From: a virus
IMG/VR virus record: IMGVR_UViG_3300027863_001490
Reading direction: 5' to 3' (one strand)
DNA: 47,476 nt
The translations under genes were made by a program, and so were the position numbers. The notes under the pieces were generated by a model, which searched no databases, was not told the DNA's origin, and worked only from the letters and a program-made list of their open reading frames with translations. Of this stretch, positions 43,845 through 47,476 are shown piece by piece; position 1 is the first letter of the stretch; each line of letters starts with the position of its first letter.

Positions 43845-44339
43845 ATGTGGGGCATACGCGATCTGGGCATAGCTGGGGCAACTTTGACAATTCTTACAAT
43901 AGGGATTGTTCCCATCTTGATTATTGTCGGTGTTTTGCTTGCGGTGGGAGTTGTCGGTGCCTTTTTAACTGGTTGGTTAAACACTATCATTTACTTGTTT
44001 GCCGGCATCGGAATTTCTTGGCTTGTAAACGGAGGCTTGAAGTTTTTCGGCGTTTCCAGCCCTGTACGTTTTCTGCTCATCATCCTCATTGTGTTGGTTA
44101 TGTCATTGATTGGCTGGGGCATAAACCACACAAGCTACTTTTCCATGATGCCTAATCCGACAAGCTTAATCGCTTCTCAACCTGAAATTGTTCTCTCACA
44201 GAACAGTGTGACAGGCGAAATCTTCGGTTTCACGTTGGATTTCCAGACTTTCGGTGCATTCATGTCCACGTTAGGTGCCGCCCTCGGGGTCGTTTCGGTT
44301 TGGCTTGTAACCCGGAAACCAAAGAAACATCACCGTTAA
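43845..44339 (+). CDS. Multi-pass membrane protein (matrix-like candidate)
   Basis: About four TM; RKPKKHHR tail. Confidence 0.75.
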   Translation: MWGIRDLGIAGATLTILTIGIVPILIIVGVLLAVGVVGAFLTGWLNTIIYLFAGIGISWLVNGGLKFFGVSSPVRFLLIILIVLVMSLIGWGINHTSYFSMMPNPTSLIASQPEIVLSQNSVTGEIFGFTLDFQTFGAFMSTLGAALGVVSVWLVTRKPKKHHR

Positions 44340-44373
44340 ATTCCACCATTTTTCTTTTAAGAGTTGAACAAAA

Positions 44374-44944
44374 TTGAGTTATGGAACTAACAGTCGAGGC
44401 GGCGGTTATGGTGGAAGAAATAGAGGTTCAAGTAAGCGTTTTGCTATGCGTACCGCCAAAAAAATTGCGTTTTGCTATGCGTACCGCCAAAAAAATTGAC
44501 CGCGTTGTTGACAGAATGGAAAACCTCATAGATGACGTACAAAAGACTGGCAACCAAGCGGCTGACGTACATCTTAACCGTGCGGGTCTAGAAGCTAATC
44601 GGGCTTCAAGAGCTCTGAAGAACGATGATGGCAAAACAAAGCCAAAGGCTAATTATAGGTTGACTGATAAAGAGCTTGAAGCAGAAGACAAAAGAGACCA
44701 CTATAATTTCGATAGGCTTGTAAATAAAGACGACATCGATACCACAAACCCAAAGAACAAAAAAATCTACTATCAAATACTTGCGGTCTTGGAAAAGAAT
44801 AAGATTCCATACTATGCAGATACTCACTTGGATAAAAAGGATGATTCTGCTGATTCTTCATTGCTTGTCTCAAGAGAAAATATGCCTAGAGCAGAAAAAT
44901 TAATTCAAGGACTCTACATTGCTTTGCGGAAAACTTTTGACTAA
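44374..44944 (+). pseudogene. RGG-leader protein 2, frameshifted by a 31-bp duplication
   Basis: TTG 44374 gives LSYGTNSRGGGYGGRNRGSSKRFAMRTAKKI then stop at 44497-44499; removing one copy restores the frame to 44944. Confidence 0.75.
44436..44497 (+). repeat. 31-bp tandem duplication GCGTTTTGCTATGCGTACCGCCAAAAAAATT x2
   Basis: Exact copies 44436-44466 and 44467-44497. Confidence 0.9.
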
Positions 44945-44980
44945 TCTTCCTTTTTCTTTTTTCTTTTGTCGGTGTCATGT

Positions 44981-45409
44981 ATGAGTTATGATGCTCGGGG
45001 CGGCAGCGGCTACGGCGGTCAGAACCGTAGAGGTTCACGTTTCGGCAAAAGCAAAGGTCATCAAGATGATGGCTGGCGGGTTCCCGAGGCTGGTCAGGGT
45101 CCGAAGGGCGTCATCAGATTTTTGCCTGAGCCGATTGCTGGAATAATCAAGGTTGACGAAACCGAGAACGAGTACCGTTTCCGTGTTTGCGATCCTGAAG
45201 GGTTTGTTAAATTTCGTAATACGGATTTCGGCGGGAAACTTCCCGAGGGTGTATCTGTTATTTATGCTGAGACTCCAGAAAACCAGTGGATGGTTCAGAG
45301 TGTCAGGTTCGAGAAGGAAATCTTTGGTTTTGAGGAAGCTCAAAGTTGGCTGCGTGGGCATCAGGATTTGTTTGCTGGCGGCGGCGCTCAACCACCTGAA
45401 ATCCCCTAA
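44981..45409 (+). CDS. RGG-leader protein 3
   Basis: MSYDARGGSGYGGQNRRGS leader; DETENEYRFRV...VQSVRFEK...EEAQSWL domain resembles a small domain I recall from phage head-related proteins. Confidence 0.8.
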   Translation: MSYDARGGSGYGGQNRRGSRFGKSKGHQDDGWRVPEAGQGPKGVIRFLPEPIAGIIKVDETENEYRFRVCDPEGFVKFRNTDFGGKLPEGVSVIYAETPENQWMVQSVRFEKEIFGFEEAQSWLRGHQDLFAGGGAQPPEIP

Positions 45410-45440
45410 ATCTTCCCATAGTGCTGTTTTTGGGAACATT
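45409..45440. promoter_or_regulatory. Palindrome AATCTTCCCA-N12-TGGGAACATT (site 2)
   Basis: One mismatch to site 1, same spacer length, starts at the stop codon of the preceding gene. Confidence 0.75.
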
Positions 45441-45456
45441 TTCCACAAGCTTTATA

Positions 45457-45503
45457 TTATTAGAAGCTAATAGGATTTATTAGAAGTTAATAAGAAGTAA
45501 TAA
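45457..45503 (+). repeat. Direct repeats TTATTAGAAG(C/T)TAATA with 20-bp period plus a partial third copy
   Basis: Between TATA-like CTTTATAT and the RHH gene. Confidence 0.65.
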
Positions 45504-45520
45504 AAAGGAAGACAAACAAA

Positions 45521-45667
45521 ATGGCTGATATGAAAGAAAATATCAGTGTCTCGCTGGAGAAAGAAACAATCGCTTGGGTTGACGCTCAAGCTGGAACAGG
45601 CAAATACCGCAACCGTAGCCACGTTATTGAATATGCCATCCAAGAATTAAAGAAAAAGGGGGCTTAA
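45521..45667 (+). CDS. RHH (CopG/Arc-like) regulator (not in ORF track)
   Basis: ISVSLEKETIAWVDAQAGTGKYRNRSHVIEYAIQEL. Confidence 0.9.
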   Translation: MADMKENISVSLEKETIAWVDAQAGTGKYRNRSHVIEYAIQELKKKGA

Positions 45668-45753
45668 TTATGAAATACACAATCACTGAGTTGGATTTGC
45701 CATCGGTTCCAACCCCCAAAATATCTCAAAAGGAGCAAGAGTGAGGAAAAAAT

Positions 45754-46041
45754 ATGCCCATGTCTTTAAAATCTAAGAAATCAGGTGAAATCGTTCAACC
45801 TACCAAGGTTTTATCAGACAAGGTTATTCCTATTCCCGAACTTGAAGAAGCCTTCAAAATATTTGCGTCTGGCTTTAAAATTGGTGCTCTTTATGGGTTG
45901 AATTTGCCAGCATCATATCGAAAGAAGGAAAAACATAGTGCCTTCCTAAAATGGTTAGAAACGGAAGAAGCACAACAGCAAATTTACAAATTACTTATTG
46001 AAGCGGATTTAAAGCAGAAATCACCCCAAAAGGACTGTTAA
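45754..46041 (+). CDS. Hypothetical protein
   Basis: GAGG upstream. Confidence 0.6.
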   Translation: MPMSLKSKKSGEIVQPTKVLSDKVIPIPELEEAFKIFASGFKIGALYGLNLPASYRKKEKHSAFLKWLETEEAQQQIYKLLIEADLKQKSPQKDC

Positions 46042-46048
46042 TGGAGGA

Positions 46049-46279
46049 TTGAAAAAAATGAGTCTGGAAGCAAAATCAAAAACATCAATTGAAATATTTG
46101 AAGAGGTAGGCAAACAAACGCCTCTTAATCCAGAAAAATTAGAGGAAGAGATTAAGGCACTACTTGATTTCCGAAATCAAAAATGGATTCCACTTGAGGA
46201 AGCACAAAAAGCAATTAAGAAAAGTTTTGACGCTGGTGTTCAATCTGCAAGAACTAACGATGATGACGGGTGGGGTTAA
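46049..46279 (+). CDS. Hypothetical protein
   Basis: GGAGG upstream. Confidence 0.6.
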   Translation: MKKMSLEAKSKTSIEIFEEVGKQTPLNPEKLEEEIKALLDFRNQKWIPLEEAQKAIKKSFDAGVQSARTNDDDGWG

Positions 46280-46319
46280 AACAATCCCAAAAATAGTATT
46301 GCTGGAGGAAAAAATAAAG

Positions 46320-46664
46320 ATGCAACCAGATTGGGTTAAAAAAATGCGTGATGAAGGTTCTGTTACTGTTGACCCTGTAAAAATTAAGGTGTGCCAAGCT
46401 CAAGATAGCCCCTGCCCAAAATGCGGAAAAATAATGTACCGCCTCGGCTTTACAACCGACGATGAAACTATTTTCGGTTGTGGAAACAAGCACGATTTCA
46501 TCATTTGGCATGTTCCCCCTAAAGAGCTTATACTGCCCGAATGCGACCTTGTGGGTCTGCTTTCAACTTGGGGATATGGCGGTATTTCGGAGTGCCGCCG
46601 AGTTGTAAGAACTGGAACTATGCTTCCAGAAGAGCCGAAAATAACAAAAAAGGAGAAAAAGTAA
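46320..46664 (+). CDS. Zn-ribbon protein (track start 46164)
   Basis: CPKCG...CGNKH; GGAGG upstream of ATG 46320. Confidence 0.65.
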   Translation: MQPDWVKKMRDEGSVTVDPVKIKVCQAQDSPCPKCGKIMYRLGFTTDDETIFGCGNKHDFIIWHVPPKELILPECDLVGLLSTWGYGGISECRRVVRTGTMLPEEPKITKKEKK

Positions 46665-46823
46665 ACGCACTTCAAAGGTAAACCTTGCCCAAATTGCGAA
46701 AGAAAAACAACTCTGAACTTTATGAACTTCGATAATGAAGACAAGATTACCTGTTCACATTGCTTTAAGACCTACACTAAAGCAGAATGGCTAAAACACG
46801 CTGATGAATTAGCCAAAAAGTAA
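46665..46823 (+). CDS. Zn-ribbon ORF lacking a canonical start (ACG)
   Basis: CPNC..CSHC in frame directly after a TAA stop; GGAG 9 nt upstream of ACG. Confidence 0.5.
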   Translation, partial: THFKGKPCPNCERKTTLNFMNFDNEDKITCSHCFKTYTKAEWLKHADELAKK

Positions 46824-46837
46824 AGGAGGAAAAAAGT

Positions 46838-47023
46838 TTGAATCGTAAGGATCGAGAACGAATAGAACAACTAAAAAAGGCAATTCTTGAACTCAGAAAT
46901 ACCCCCAGAGTTTCCGAGACTGCCCTTTGCTGGGGAAGCTATGGCATTCTCGAATATCTAGAAACAGGCAACATAGACAAAATCAAGATACCTGAACTCA
47001 GGGAAAAAATTGCCGTAAAGTAA
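46838..47023 (+). CDS. Hypothetical protein
   Basis: GGAGG upstream. Confidence 0.6.
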   Translation: MNRKDRERIEQLKKAILELRNTPRVSETALCWGSYGILEYLETGNIDKIKIPELREKIAVK

Positions 47024-47038
47024 TGTTATGGAGTGATT

Positions 47039-47476
47039 ATGGTGCTAAAAATCAAATATCGGCTAGCTCCCGTTGTGGTCGAAAATGACGTAAACCGAAC
47101 GCTCAGGGACTTAGCCAAAGAATTTCAAGAAATTTTCGAAGACGACAATAAAGCCAACATATTTGAAAAAGAGCTTAGAGCCAAGTTTGACTTAAACGGT
47201 ACAGAGAACACGCCTAGAGGGAAAACCAATTCAATATTTGGAGAAAAAACAAAAATGAACAAAAAACAAAAAAAGCAATTAGTGCCAATCTGGAAGGAGT
47301 ACGAGGACAAGAGAGCGCAAATCTTGAAGGAGTACGAGGACAAGGAAGCGCCAATCTGGAAGGAGTACGAGGACAAGAGAGCGCCAATCTGGAAGGAGTA
47401 CGAGGACAAGAGAGCGCAAATCTTGAAGGAGTACGAGGACAAGAGAGCGCAAATCTTGAAGGAGAAAAAACAAAAA
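47039..47476 (+). CDS. Junction-spanning ORF (continues to stop at 128-130) with 11-aa repeats; internal start possible at 47255
   Basis: Open frame encodes ...VPIWKEYEDKR-AQILKEYEDKE-APIWKEYEDKR...KKQK*. Confidence 0.7.
   Translation, partial: MVLKIKYRLAPVVVENDVNRTLRDLAKEFQEIFEDDNKANIFEKELRAKFDLNGTENTPRGKTNSIFGEKTKMNKKQKKQLVPIWKEYEDKRAQILKEYEDKEAPIWKEYEDKRAPIWKEYEDKRAQILKEYEDKRAQILKEKKQK
47282..47464 (+). repeat. 33-bp coding tandem repeat, five full units plus one partial
   Basis: Two unit types (CCAATCTGG / CAAATCTTG) in order A B A A B B. Confidence 0.9.
47350..47476. repeat. Terminal redundancy, identical to 1-127
   Basis: Exact match. Confidence 0.9.

Noticed and set aside
44381-44944. 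Track ORF starting MELTVEAAV
   Set aside because: Its ATG is out of frame with the conserved TTG leader shared with 2815; it is an artefact of the 31-bp duplication
44981-45409. Evidence for a tailed-phage head module
   Set aside because: Only a small domain reminiscent of head-associated proteins; no protease catalytic domain, portal, terminase or HK97 capsid seen
47282-47464. 33-bp repeats as a CRISPR array
   Set aside because: Units are contiguous with no unique spacers and are in-frame coding
47125-47473. Minus-strand repeat ORFs (SSYSFKICALL, LLQDLRSLVLV)
   Set aside because: Antisense shadows of the plus-strand coding repeat

Overview
The window is most likely the complete circular genome (47,349 bp after removing a 127-bp terminal overlap, 1-127 = 47350-47476) of an archaeal integrative mobile element or non-tailed, probably enveloped virus. 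Archaeal origin is inferred from a class III signal peptide, ribbon-helix-helix (RHH) and Zn-ribbon regulators, a TFB-like protein and an MCM-type winged helix. A Bathyarchaeia-like host is only a guess from protein style. I see no terminase, portal, HK97 capsid, tail, DNA polymerase, primase, reverse transcriptase, CRISPR array, rRNA or true tRNA. DNA-metabolism genes: orphan SPPY-type methyltransferase, XPB-like and SNF2-like SF2 helicases, ASCH protein, tyrosine recombinase followed by a cluster of inverted repeats, Cas4-like and PD-(D/E)XK nucleases, ParB-like protein, a wHTH + Rep_trans-like protein and a TFB-like protein. There are two large surface/membrane clusters. 16.5-24.9 kb: beta-helix adhesin, 427-aa class III signal protein, InlB-B-repeat protein, CPBP intramembrane protease, TspO. 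32-44.3 kb: membrane proteins, FtsK/HerA-type ATPase, a 638-aa membrane-anchored protein resembling the archaeal fusexin Fsx1 (HAP2-like class II fusogen), two paralogous adhesins and small multi-TM proteins. Other highlights: three unrelated proteins share an RGG-rich N-terminal leader; a recurring AATGTTCCCA-N12-TGGGAACATT palindrome sits at gene ends; there is a frameshifted orphan hicA and several structured-RNA candidates. All family assignments come from reading motifs by eye and from recall; no searches were run.
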